DNA of 64,000 bases from positions 3,508 through 67,507 of the IMG/VR virus record IMGVR_UViG_3300025849_000031; one strand, written 5' to 3'. The notes beneath the pieces are model-generated. The model had not been told where the DNA came from. It saw nothing but the letters and a program-made list of their open reading frames with translations, and made no database searches. Both the position numbers and the translations under genes were made by a program. Origin of the DNA: a virus. This document shows, piece by piece, positions 19,868 through 28,655 of the stretch. Every line of letters starts with the position of its first letter. Position 1 is the first letter of the stretch.

Positions 19868-20323
19868 ATGACTAATGCAAGACTACACGTACCACGTTCA
19901 CTTTTTCTCGGATTCGAGGGTTTATTCGATGATTTAGAAAGAATTCATTCAAACGCACGTAGTGGAGATAATTATCCGCCCCACAACGTTGTTAAAGTTG
20001 ATGATGAAAATTTCTTGATCGAGCTAGCAGTTGCCGGCTTTACTGAAGACGATTTAAACGTCGAAGTTAAAGAAGGTATACTAAAGATTGCCGGAGAAAT
20101 AAAAGATCAAGGGAATAATGAATACGTTCATAAAGGCATTTCGTCTCGCAGGTTTGAGAAATCATTTAGAATTTCTGAATTTGTAGTAATCGACGATGCA
20201 GATCTAAGGAATGGCATACTTGTGGTGAAAGCCAGAGTTGAATTTCCGGAAGAGAAGCGTCCTAGGAAGATCAATATCGGATCTGCTGGGACCTCAACCG
20301 AAAAAACCTTTATCCAAGATTGA
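19868..20323 (+). CDS. hsp20: Small heat shock protein (alpha-crystallin, IbpA-like)
   Basis: NYPPHNV, IELAVAGF, YVHKGISSRRFEKSF, NGILVV. Confidence 0.95.
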   Translation: MTNARLHVPRSLFLGFEGLFDDLERIHSNARSGDNYPPHNVVKVDDENFLIELAVAGFTEDDLNVEVKEGILKIAGEIKDQGNNEYVHKGISSRRFEKSFRISEFVVIDDADLRNGILVVKARVEFPEEKRPRKINIGSAGTSTEKTFIQD

Positions 20324-20368
20324 TTCGGGAGAATACTGGTAGAACTAACCAATCTACTGGAGAATATC

Positions 20369-20497
20369 ATGAAAAAATATTTAAACCAAGATTCGATTAA
20401 TTCTGCTCGTGAGAAGTGTAAAGTATGTGCACAGATCGCGAAGCTTACTGGCGCTTTAGCACTACCATTTGTTGTTATTTGGCTAGCTGCGCTTTAA
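20369..20497 (+). CDS. Small membrane-anchored peptide (42 aa) with CxxC
   Basis: GGAG RBS; MKKYLNQDSINSAREKCKVCAQIAKLTGALALPFVVIWLAAL; ends just before a terminator. Confidence 0.55.
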   Translation: MKKYLNQDSINSAREKCKVCAQIAKLTGALALPFVVIWLAAL

Positions 20498-20521
20498 GTT
20501 AAGTTTTAATCGTAACACCTC

Positions 20522-20545
20522 GATGGGCAGCTTCGGCTGCCCATC
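20522..20545 (+). terminator. Stable UUCG hairpin, probable terminator of the hsp20 unit
   Basis: gatgggcagc-ttcg-gctgcccatc, perfect 10-bp stem; lacks a U-tract. Confidence 0.7.
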
Positions 20546-20561
20546 ACCAATAAAATAACTG

Positions 20562-20590
20562 TGTACATTCGTACTATATTATGTTATAAT
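20562..20590 (+). promoter_or_regulatory. Sigma70-type promoter for gp43
   Basis: TGTACA-17-TATAAT with TG extension. Confidence 0.8.
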
Positions 20591-20609
20591 ATACTTCTAT
20601 TATGAAAAG

Positions 20610-23126
20610 GTGATCACTCTGAAATTCTATACTAATGTAACACGCTACGGCAATCAACTCCTCGTTCGTGGCTATGATGGCAACAAACGATTCTCTGATA
20701 AAATCAAATATCAACCAACTCTATTTGTTTCAACGAATAAACCAACTGAATGGCGATCGCTATGTGGCAAACCAGTTGCTCCGGTTGTTCATGATTCTAT
20801 GCGTGATGCCAAGGATTGGATTCAAATGAACAAAGATGTTGTTGGTAGGAATATCTTTGGTAACGATCGTCATATCTCTACATACATTAATGATGCGTAT
20901 CCAGGTCAAATCGACTTTGATCGTAACAAGATTAATGTAACAACTATTGATATTGAGGTTGAATCTGATGATGGCTTCCCAGAGCCAGAACTTGCTGATA
21001 AGGCTATAATATCAATCACAACTAAGAACAACATTGATGATACTTATTATGTGTGGGCTCTAGGTCATTATGATGTAGATAAGACACTTATGAAAGACAA
21101 GCCTGTTATCTACAAACAGTTCATTAATGAAGCTCATCTTCTTATGGATTTTACCGACTTCTGGCGTGGCGAAAACTGTCCTGATATTGTAACAGGCTGG
21201 AACTGCAGATTCTTTGATATTCCATATCTTGTCAACCGCACAGGTAAAGTCCTTGATGGTGAATTCGTTAAGCGTTATTCTCCATGGGGTATGGTTGAAG
21301 AACGTGATGTCACTATCATGGGCCGTACTCAGCAATCTTACGAACTTAAAGGTATATCCATTATCGATTACCTTGAACTCTTTAAGAAGTTTGGTTACTC
21401 CTACGGTGCACAAGAATCATACAAGCTTGATCATATTGCTCACGTAGTTCTTGGCGAAAAGAAGCTATCATACGAAGAACATGGAAACTTGCATACTCTC
21501 TATCTAAAGGATTACCAGAAGTTCATTGATTATAACATCAAAGATGTAGAGTTGGTTGATCGATTCGAAGACAAGATGGGTCTTATTACTCTATGTCTCA
21601 CAATGGCATACAAAGGTGGCGTTAACTACAACGATACTTTTGGTACAACTGCTATATGGGATTCAATCATTTATCGTGAATTGTTTCAAAAGAAAGTTGC
21701 CGTTCCATTCAGTGACGTTAAATTCAAATCACCATATCCTGGTGGCTATGTTAAAGATCCTCAAGTAGGTCTTCATAAGTGGGTTGTGAGCTTCGATTTG
21801 AATTCGCTATATCCTTCTCTTATTATGCAGTACAATATGTCACCCGAAACGATTATCGAAGGTGAGCAATACAGTGTTAATATCCAATCATTGCTCGATA
21901 AGAAGACTACATTCGAAGGTACCGGCAAATCGATTGGTGGCAATGGTCAAGTCTTTCGAACCGATAAGAAAGGCATCTTGCCAGACATTATCGATGGTAT
22001 GTATACTGAACGTGTTGGCATCAAACGTCAAATGTTGGATGCTCAGCAAGCACTACAGAATGCTGATAAAGATGATAAACAAACGATATACAGTATCGAA
22101 CGTGATATTGCTATTGCCGAAAACAGACAGATGGCTATTAAGATTCTTCTAAACTCTCTTTATGGTGCACTCGGTAATAAGTACTTCCGATTCTTTGATC
22201 AACGTATTGCTGAAGCTATTACACTATCTGGTCAGTTATCGATCAAGTGGGCTGAGGTTGCTATTAATGATTACCTCAACAAAGTACTCAAATCAGATAA
22301 AGATTATGTCATTGCGATCGATACCGATTCACTCTATGTAAACCTTGATCCATTGGTAGAAGCAGTCAAACCAGCTAATCCTGTAGACTTTCTTGATACT
22401 GTTGCACAAAAGAAACTCGAACCAGCTCTTACTGAAGCTTATGCTAACCTATTCAATATGATGGGTGGCATCGAAAACAAAATGGTTATGGGTCGTGAAG
22501 TTATTGCAGACACAGGTATATGGACTGCTAAGAAACGTTATATCCTCAATGTGCATGACAACGAAGGTGTACGCTATGCAGAACCTAAGCTAAAAATCAT
22601 GGGCATTGAAGCTATCAAATCTTCCACCCCCATGCCATGTCGTGATGCTCTTAAATCTATTTTCAAGGTAATCATCGACGGTAGTGAAACAAAGACGCAG
22701 GCTGCAATTAAGGATTTTAAAGATTACTTTGTAACACTACCTGCGCATGATATTGCATTCCCACGTGGTGTGTCAAAGGTTAAAGAATACAAAGACAACA
22801 ACACAATCTACAAGAAAGGTACTCCAATTCACGTTCGTGGTAGCTTGCTCTATAACAAACGCGTTCAGGATCTATCTCTTACGAAGAAGTATTCACCAAT
22901 CAAGAATGGTGATAAGGTTAAGTTCATCTATCTTCGTAAGCCAAATGTCATTAAGGAGAACGTTATATCGTTCCCTGATTATCTACCAGCTGAATTTGTA
23001 ATCGATAAATACATTGACTATGACTTACAGTTCCAGAAAACATTCCTTGATCCAATCGAACCAATCCTTGGTGCAATCGGTTGGTCTTCCGAAGAAAAGG
23101 CTTCTCTTGAAGACTTTTTTGGATAA
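20610..23126 (+). CDS. gp43: Family B DNA polymerase (true start GTG 20610 or CTG 20619)
   Basis: Exonuclease DIE; polymerase SFDLNSLYPS, KILLNSLYGALG, IDTDS, KKRY motifs; no intein seen. Confidence 0.98.
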   Translation: MITLKFYTNVTRYGNQLLVRGYDGNKRFSDKIKYQPTLFVSTNKPTEWRSLCGKPVAPVVHDSMRDAKDWIQMNKDVVGRNIFGNDRHISTYINDAYPGQIDFDRNKINVTTIDIEVESDDGFPEPELADKAIISITTKNNIDDTYYVWALGHYDVDKTLMKDKPVIYKQFINEAHLLMDFTDFWRGENCPDIVTGWNCRFFDIPYLVNRTGKVLDGEFVKRYSPWGMVEERDVTIMGRTQQSYELKGISIIDYLELFKKFGYSYGAQESYKLDHIAHVVLGEKKLSYEEHGNLHTLYLKDYQKFIDYNIKDVELVDRFEDKMGLITLCLTMAYKGGVNYNDTFGTTAIWDSIIYRELFQKKVAVPFSDVKFKSPYPGGYVKDPQVGLHKWVVSFDLNSLYPSLIMQYNMSPETIIEGEQYSVNIQSLLDKKTTFEGTGKSIGGNGQVFRTDKKGILPDIIDGMYTERVGIKRQMLDAQQALQNADKDDKQTIYSIERDIAIAENRQMAIKILLNSLYGALGNKYFRFFDQRIAEAITLSGQLSIKWAEVAINDYLNKVLKSDKDYVIAIDTDSLYVNLDPLVEAVKPANPVDFLDTVAQKKLEPALTEAYANLFNMMGGIENKMVMGREVIADTGIWTAKKRYILNVHDNEGVRYAEPKLKIMGIEAIKSSTPMPCRDALKSIFKVIIDGSETKTQAAIKDFKDYFVTLPAHDIAFPRGVSKVKEYKDNNTIYKKGTPIHVRGSLLYNKRVQDLSLTKKYSPIKNGDKVKFIYLRKPNVIKENVISFPDYLPAEFVIDKYIDYDLQFQKTFLDPIEPILGAIGWSSEEKASLEDFFG

Positions 23127-23131
23127 AAGGG

Positions 23132-23160
23132 TTTACATTTACTTAAAACTATGTTATAAT
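23132..23160 (+). promoter_or_regulatory. Sigma70-type promoter
   Basis: TTTACA-17-TATAAT with TG extension. Confidence 0.75.
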
Positions 23161-23185
23161 ATAAAATCTTATTACGGAGAAAACT

Positions 23186-23491
23186 ATGAAAACTGTACAA
23201 CTACTTAAACTAACCACTGGCGAAGAGATCCTCGGTCGTGTATCTTACGCAGATGGTCTATATAATATTACTATGCCAGTGAATATTGTGCAAGACGACA
23301 GCAATATGGGGTTTGAACCATTTATGCCTTATGCTGAAACTGAATCATTTGATTTTAGTGAAGCACATATCGTTCTTGCATGTGATCCTACACCAACATT
23401 AGCTGATTATTATCTTAAAGCTACTACTGTAGAACAAGCTTCAATGATTGATACATCGGCTGCTCCATCTCAACAAGGGATTATCGTATAA
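23186..23491 (+). CDS. Hypothetical protein (Sm-like start LLKLTTGEEILG)
   Basis: GGAG RBS; resembles the 8377 ORF N-terminus in pattern. Confidence 0.6.
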   Translation: MKTVQLLKLTTGEEILGRVSYADGLYNITMPVNIVQDDSNMGFEPFMPYAETESFDFSEAHIVLACDPTPTLADYYLKATTVEQASMIDTSAAPSQQGIIV

Positions 23492-23946
23492 TGAGTAATG
23501 ATTGGGTAAAAGATATTCACGAGATGCAAACTAAATATGGCACTCGTGATTGGGTTAATGCTAACCTTGCGCATGACAAGCTGAGAGCATTCTTAGATTT
23601 CCGCATGGATTTTATTGAAGAAGAGTTTGAAGAAACTATTAAAGCTGTTGCAATTGATAATGATCCTGAAGAAATCGTTGATGGCCTTATTGATTTGTGT
23701 GTTGTTGCAATCGGTACTCTTGATGCATTCGGTATCGATCCTTATGCAGCATGGGACGCTGTGCATAAAGCAAACATGTCAAAGGAAGTTGGTGTAAAAC
23801 CTTCACGCCCTAATCCTCTTGGTGTTCCAGATTTAATTAAACCAGAAGGTTGGACTGCACCAAGTCACCAAGGCAATCATGGATTATTCCCAGCCGCGGT
23901 TGCTGTTACAGCGCCAATAAAAGATAAAACTAATTTGAAGTCTTAA
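23491..23946 (+). CDS. MazG-like nucleoside triphosphate pyrophosphohydrolase
   Basis: FIEEEFEET, EIVDGLID, VHKANMSK, LIKPEGW pattern of all-alpha NTP-PPases. Confidence 0.8.
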   Translation: MSNDWVKDIHEMQTKYGTRDWVNANLAHDKLRAFLDFRMDFIEEEFEETIKAVAIDNDPEEIVDGLIDLCVVAIGTLDAFGIDPYAAWDAVHKANMSKEVGVKPSRPNPLGVPDLIKPEGWTAPSHQGNHGLFPAAVAVTAPIKDKTNLKS

Positions 23947-23948
23947 AT

Positions 23949-24869
23949 ATGACAATAGCACTGACAATATTTGATAGCATATATGATAACAGCACATCTA
24001 AAAGAGTTGATTATAATGACTTTGATCAATTTGAACAGATACTATATAAGTTAGCAAATGAAAAACATTTTAAGCAGAAGAAAGATGCCCCTCTGATCTC
24101 TCCTGCGACTTACGTTGAAAACTCTAAAAGAGCAAATGCTAACGTGGTCGCATGGGGAGGTTTTGGCATTGTCGATGTTGATGATTACGTTGGTGATATT
24201 GAAGACATTCATAAGCAATACGAAAAGTATCGGTATGTTTGCTATTCAACAGCAAGCTCTACCAAAGAAAATCCAAAGTTTCGTTTAGTATTCCCATTGA
24301 CTAAGTGGGTTAATAACGAACAGATTAAGCATTTTTGGTATGCTTTAAATAAAGAGATTGGTGATATCGCTGATGCTCAAACCAAAGATTTATCTCGTAT
24401 GTACTATATTCCAGGAACGTATCTAAACGCATATAACTTTATCTTCTCTCATGATGGTAAGGTTATGGATCCAGATGAGTTAATGGAAAAGCATCGTTAT
24501 ATCTCTACAAATGATTCATTCTTCGATAGATTGCCAGAAGCAATTCGTGATGGTCTAATCCAACATCGAAAGAGTCAATTAAATAATACAGACTTTAGTT
24601 GGTCTAGTTATCGTGATTGTCCTTTCGTGAATAAGCGCCAGGTTGAAGAATATAAGCAATTGAGTGGAACCGGTTGGTACTATAAAATGTATCAAATCAT
24701 GATCTCTATTGCTAGCAACGCAATGAAAAGAGGTTATCCAATCACCGCTCAAGAGATTGCATATATATGTCGTGATCTTGATAATGATACAGGTGGTTGG
24801 TATGGTAAACGCGATCTAACGAAAGAAGCAGATCGTGCAATTGAATATATTTTTAGGAGTAATATCTAA
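23949..24869 (+). CDS. Archaeo-eukaryotic-type primase/polymerase (AEP)-like protein
   Basis: hhDhD motif (GIVDVDD), YSTASS..NPKFRLVFPL, TKDLSRMYYIP; helical C-terminal region. Confidence 0.7.
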   Translation: MTIALTIFDSIYDNSTSKRVDYNDFDQFEQILYKLANEKHFKQKKDAPLISPATYVENSKRANANVVAWGGFGIVDVDDYVGDIEDIHKQYEKYRYVCYSTASSTKENPKFRLVFPLTKWVNNEQIKHFWYALNKEIGDIADAQTKDLSRMYYIPGTYLNAYNFIFSHDGKVMDPDELMEKHRYISTNDSFFDRLPEAIRDGLIQHRKSQLNNTDFSWSSYRDCPFVNKRQVEEYKQLSGTGWYYKMYQIMISIASNAMKRGYPITAQEIAYICRDLDNDTGGWYGKRDLTKEADRAIEYIFRSNI

Positions 24870-25123
24870 TGAAAGAAACAAGTAAAAGATTAATTGATAG
24901 TTTGTGCCTATCTTTTGTCACATCGTATTGTCTAGTATCATTTGTAGAGAACATCGAATGGGTTGATGTCTTATTGGCAATTGGTATGGGTATATTCACC
25001 TATGCCGCGTTTATGTTCTTTATGGCAGCTGATATAGAACGAAGATGGCGCCGTAAGCGTAGCGATGCTGGAACTCATGATTATTATGGTAACAAGATCG
25101 AAGAAGAAGATGGAAAAGAATAA
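24869..25123 (+). CDS. Small membrane protein
   Basis: Two hydrophobic segments and a basic tail. Confidence 0.55.
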   Translation: MKETSKRLIDSLCLSFVTSYCLVSFVENIEWVDVLLAIGMGIFTYAAFMFFMAADIERRWRRKRSDAGTHDYYGNKIEEEDGKE

Positions 25124-25538
25124 ATTAGAAAAGTTGTTTGACCGTCTTCGAGAAGAAGGTTGGTTTTGTGGTTGGGCTGAGATGTGTTGCACAAATTGTG
25201 CTTGGATGTCTTTACCTGATGAACACGATATTGGTCCATTTAAAGGTCAAGGGATTGATCTTTCTAAGTGCTTATTCAACCATGAGCAAGACTGTGAAAA
25301 CTGGGATGATGAAGAATTAGACGAAGAATCGGAAGATGCTGAACTTGAGTATGATCATATTAGCACATTGAGTTCTGATCAGATGTCTAGCAGTTGCTTC
25401 TGCTTTGATGGTCGTAAAGAAGGTGTAAAGAATCTAAAAGCTATTCTACCAATTATAGAAGAGATGGGTTGCGCATATCATTGGAATGGTACAGGCGATC
25501 AACGAATTGAAATAGACTGGAGCGATAATGACGCGTAA
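25110..25538 (+). CDS. Cys-rich acidic hypothetical protein
   Basis: Start MEKNKLEK at 25110; MCCTNCAW motif. Confidence 0.6.
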   Translation: MEKNKLEKLFDRLREEGWFCGWAEMCCTNCAWMSLPDEHDIGPFKGQGIDLSKCLFNHEQDCENWDDEELDEESEDAELEYDHISTLSSDQMSSSCFCFDGRKEGVKNLKAILPIIEEMGCAYHWNGTGDQRIEIDWSDNDA

Positions 25539-25692
25539 CAAATATTGGAGACTATGGGCAAAATCACTAGGTGAAAAGGTTGGCACTACTGACCGTGAAG
25601 CTGATCAGGTGGCTATGATAAGAAGTATTGTAGTCCTTGTCAATTTCATTACATGCTTCTTCATTATTGCAGGGAATATTCATCAATGGTAA
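25528..25692 (+). CDS. Small membrane protein (54 aa)
   Basis: MTRNKYWRLWAKSLGEKVGTTDREADQVAMIRSIVVLVNFITCFFIIAGNIHQW; recalled as similar to a small protein common in aquatic T4-like phages (not searched). Confidence 0.7.
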   Translation: MTRNKYWRLWAKSLGEKVGTTDREADQVAMIRSIVVLVNFITCFFIIAGNIHQW

Positions 25693-25814
25693 ATTTTGGT
25701 AGAGTGTTATTACTTTCGTTTCTCGCAACAACAATTGATAACACTGATGATAACTACGGAGTAAGAACATCGATGAGAAGATTTAAAGAATGTAGAGAGG
25801 TTACACATGTCTAG
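25686..25814 (+). CDS. Small hypothetical protein (42 aa)
   Basis: MVNFGRVLLLSFLATTIDNTDDNYGVRTSMRRFKECREVTHV fills the gap and overlaps both neighbours. Confidence 0.4.
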   Translation: MVNFGRVLLLSFLATTIDNTDDNYGVRTSMRRFKECREVTHV

Positions 25815-26187
25815 ATCGCATTTTAAGGGTAAGTACATTCCAAAGAATGTCAACAAGTATACCGGCAATGCTAAACAAATAATCTATCGTAGTAGTTGGG
25901 AAAGGCTATTCATGGTCTATTGTGATAAGAAACAAGAAATCAAGAATTGGTCAAGCGAAGAGATTAAGATTCCATATATGTTTGAAGGTAAACATCGAAC
26001 ATACTATCCTGACTTCTGGGTAGACATGATGGATAAAGACGGTATGCGAGTCCAAAAGATCGTCGAGATCAAGCCACACTATCAGCGAACAATGAAGGTT
26101 AACAAAGCAAAGTGGAGTGCTGCTACAAAGTATGCACAAGATAATCATATGGAATTTCTAGTCATGACAGAAAAGGAGTTGTTTTGA
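25807..26187 (+). CDS. TnsA-family endonuclease, T4 gp4 (head completion)-like
   Basis: KGKYIPKN..KY, YRSSWE, WSSEEI.IPY, YYPDF, VEIKP. Confidence 0.75.
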   Translation: MSRSHFKGKYIPKNVNKYTGNAKQIIYRSSWERLFMVYCDKKQEIKNWSSEEIKIPYMFEGKHRTYYPDFWVDMMDKDGMRVQKIVEIKPHYQRTMKVNKAKWSAATKYAQDNHMEFLVMTEKELF

Positions 26188-26384
26188 TGCGTGCATTTAA
26201 TCGAGTCAAAGGAAAGCTTTTACGTAAAGCGATCAACATTGCAGATCGAATAGACATTTGGTTCCGCAATCATTTTAATGTTAATATGAAACAAAAGGCG
26301 TTGGAGTTATCACAAGATACTGTCTCTATAAAGAAGTTAGATAAGACCATCGGCGTTCACTTAGGCATCACTAAAAAGGATTGA
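26187..26384 (+). CDS. Basic hypothetical protein
   Basis: GGAG RBS; ATG overlaps the upstream stop. Confidence 0.5.
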   Translation: MRAFNRVKGKLLRKAINIADRIDIWFRNHFNVNMKQKALELSQDTVSIKKLDKTIGVHLGITKKD

Positions 26385-26386
26385 GC

Positions 26387-26995
26387 ATGGCCATCACCAC
26401 TAAAATAGAATTTATTGAATATTTAAAAATCTTGTTTCGCAATAATCCAACAATTGTTGTGAAGGCAAGTGAAGTAAAAGAGCAAGCTATGAAGATCGTA
26501 AACAATACAAAGAAGCACAATCATAATGGAAGAAGCGATGCAATACAAATCGATAATGCTCTTCGTGGATGTGCATTAGAATATGCTTTCCTGAAATGTG
26601 TCCCTAAGTCATATAAGAATCCTAAAGAGTTTAATGTACGTGATAGTGATTCATATGTGTGGGATAATAAAGCTGACTTTTTAGGTGAAGAAATGTTTAT
26701 CGATTGTACTTTAGTTGATGAACGAGGTTATTTTTCAGCAGTCATTAAACCTGCTGGAGTCAATAGATCCGATGGATACGATTGGGGTAAGTTTAGGACA
26801 AAGGAAAAGAATAAAAATCTATTAGACTTCCTTGTCGGTGGAAGTGCAACCATCGATGGTACAAATATTATATGTAAGTTATCAGCAATCGCTGACGTAA
26901 AAGATGCATTCGATTATTCAAATTGGCTCAAATCTTCAGCATTCAATCATGAACATGCTATGTACTTAAGTGAAACTGTTACTCATAAGGTATAA
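26387..26995 (+). CDS. Hypothetical protein
   Basis: About 202 aa ORF; no recognised motif. Confidence 0.6.
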   Translation: MAITTKIEFIEYLKILFRNNPTIVVKASEVKEQAMKIVNNTKKHNHNGRSDAIQIDNALRGCALEYAFLKCVPKSYKNPKEFNVRDSDSYVWDNKADFLGEEMFIDCTLVDERGYFSAVIKPAGVNRSDGYDWGKFRTKEKNKNLLDFLVGGSATIDGTNIICKLSAIADVKDAFDYSNWLKSSAFNHEHAMYLSETVTHKV

Positions 26996-27002
26996 AAAAG
27001 TG

Positions 27003-27031
27003 TGTACATTTATCTCAAACTGTGTTATAAT
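27003..27031 (+). promoter_or_regulatory. Sigma70-type promoter heading the DNA-modification cluster
   Basis: TGTACA-17-TATAAT with TG extension. Confidence 0.8.
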
Positions 27032-27060
27032 ATATCCATTATAACGAGGAATACTAACTA

Positions 27061-27543
27061 ATGAAAGAATCTTTAAAAGTGTTACAAGAATGTGCTGATC
27101 TTCAGATTAAAAAAGCTAATGATTATCAGAATCCTAATTCAAATATTAAACAGGCAGACTACTATCCGCGCGGCGTATCATCATTACTTGATATTGTTCA
27201 TGCTAAAACATTACGTATGATGTCAGTAGTTGAAGCAATGGAGAATGATCCAGACTATAGTCCTAACTTTGAATCACTCGAAGATTCAGCAAAAGATCTA
27301 ATCAATTATGGTTCATTCATTGCTGCTTATATTCGTGGTGGTATCGATGGTCAAGATACTGATCGTGATTTCTTAAATCGTCGCAATATTGAACCTGTAG
27401 ATACTAAGCGTGACGGGCTCGGTTTAGCGATCAACACCGAAGCCGATGGTTCGGCAGTTCGTGTAAGTGGCGTTCCATACAGTGTTTCGAAACACGACGT
27501 AAAATTTAAGTGTATGCCCAGTCATGAATATGGTGATTGGTAA
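27061..27543 (+). CDS. Nucleotide-modification-associated protein (DUF1599/Nmad1-like)
   Basis: LQIKKANDY, IVHAKTLR, ESLEDSAKDLINY pattern; first gene of the cluster. Confidence 0.65.
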   Translation: MKESLKVLQECADLQIKKANDYQNPNSNIKQADYYPRGVSSLLDIVHAKTLRMMSVVEAMENDPDYSPNFESLEDSAKDLINYGSFIAAYIRGGIDGQDTDRDFLNRRNIEPVDTKRDGLGLAINTEADGSAVRVSGVPYSVSKHDVKFKCMPSHEYGDW

Positions 27544-27544
27544 A

Positions 27545-28219
27545 ATGGAATATCATAATGTTGAAGACATTCGTCAATACTTTGTTGATGAACTAGAAGC
27601 AGAAAAATTTACGACCGATCGTACTGGTGCTAAAACAATTGAGTTACTTGGTGCATCATTCATTGCTAATGAAAATGCAATCTTTGGTAGCCCAAATGAA
27701 GACTACATTCAAAAAGAACTTGAATGGTACGATAGTGAATCGACTAATATCTATGATATATCGAATGAGCCTCCTAAAGCATGGAAAATGACAGCCAATG
27801 ATCATGGTGAAATTAATTCGAACTATGGCAATCTAATATATAATGCTAAACACTACAATCAATATTATAATGTGCTGAGTGAATTACGAAATAATCCGGA
27901 CTCACGTCGTGCATCGATGGTGTATCAGCGTCCTTCAATATGGGTCGACTATAATGATAATGGTAAGAATGATTTTATTTGCACCAATGCTGTAACGTAT
28001 TATATTCGTGATAACCAACTACATTGTGTAGTTCAAATGAGATCTAATGATGTGGTCTTTGGTTATAAGAATGATTTCGCATGGCAAGAGCATGTGCTGT
28101 ATCAATTATGTGGAGATCTAAACGATCGAAATTTTGATGATCACATCGAAGTCGGTAATATCTACTGGCAAGTCCAAAACTTACACGTATATGAGAGGCA
28201 CTTTGATCTTGTCAAATAA
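27545..28219 (+). CDS. gp42: dCMP hydroxymethylase-like enzyme (thymidylate synthase superfamily)
   Basis: SRRA, DFICTNAVTYYIR, QMRSNDVVFGYKNDFAWQ, NLHVYERHF; Asp in KND as in T4 gp42 rather than the Asn of ThyA. Confidence 0.88.
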   Translation: MEYHNVEDIRQYFVDELEAEKFTTDRTGAKTIELLGASFIANENAIFGSPNEDYIQKELEWYDSESTNIYDISNEPPKAWKMTANDHGEINSNYGNLIYNAKHYNQYYNVLSELRNNPDSRRASMVYQRPSIWVDYNDNGKNDFICTNAVTYYIRDNQLHCVVQMRSNDVVFGYKNDFAWQEHVLYQLCGDLNDRNFDDHIEVGNIYWQVQNLHVYERHFDLVK

Positions 28220-28655
28220 ATGGGATAAACGTTATATGGAACTGGCCAAGACAGTATCAACTTGGTCAAAGGATCCATCAAAGAAAGTTGGTGCGGTTGC
28301 TATTGGATCTAAAGGTCAAGTTTTGGCTCAAGGATTCAATGGCTTTCCGCGTGGTATCGACGATAGTGAAAACCGCTTAGTTGATAAAGACACTAAATAT
28401 AAGTATGTCGTGCACGCTGAAATGAATCTTATATATAATGCGACATTTAATGGAACGTCATTAAATGGTTCGACAGTTTATGTGTATGGACTACCCGTCT
28501 GCTCTGAATGTGCAAAAGGTCTTATTCAGGTCGGTGTAAAACAAATCGTAATGAGTGAACACTCGATGGAAGATGCACCTGAAAAGTGGATAGAATCGTG
28601 TGAGCTTTCGGTAGCCATGCTTAACGAAGCAGGAATACATTGGAAAACAGTATGA
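28209..28655 (+). CDS. cd: dCMP deaminase
   Basis: TTG start with GAGG RBS; SKDPSKKVGAV, GFNGFPRG, HAEMN, PVCSECAK zinc motifs. Confidence 0.92.
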   Translation: MSNKWDKRYMELAKTVSTWSKDPSKKVGAVAIGSKGQVLAQGFNGFPRGIDDSENRLVDKDTKYKYVVHAEMNLIYNATFNGTSLNGSTVYVYGLPVCSECAKGLIQVGVKQIVMSEHSMEDAPEKWIESCELSVAMLNEAGIHWKTV

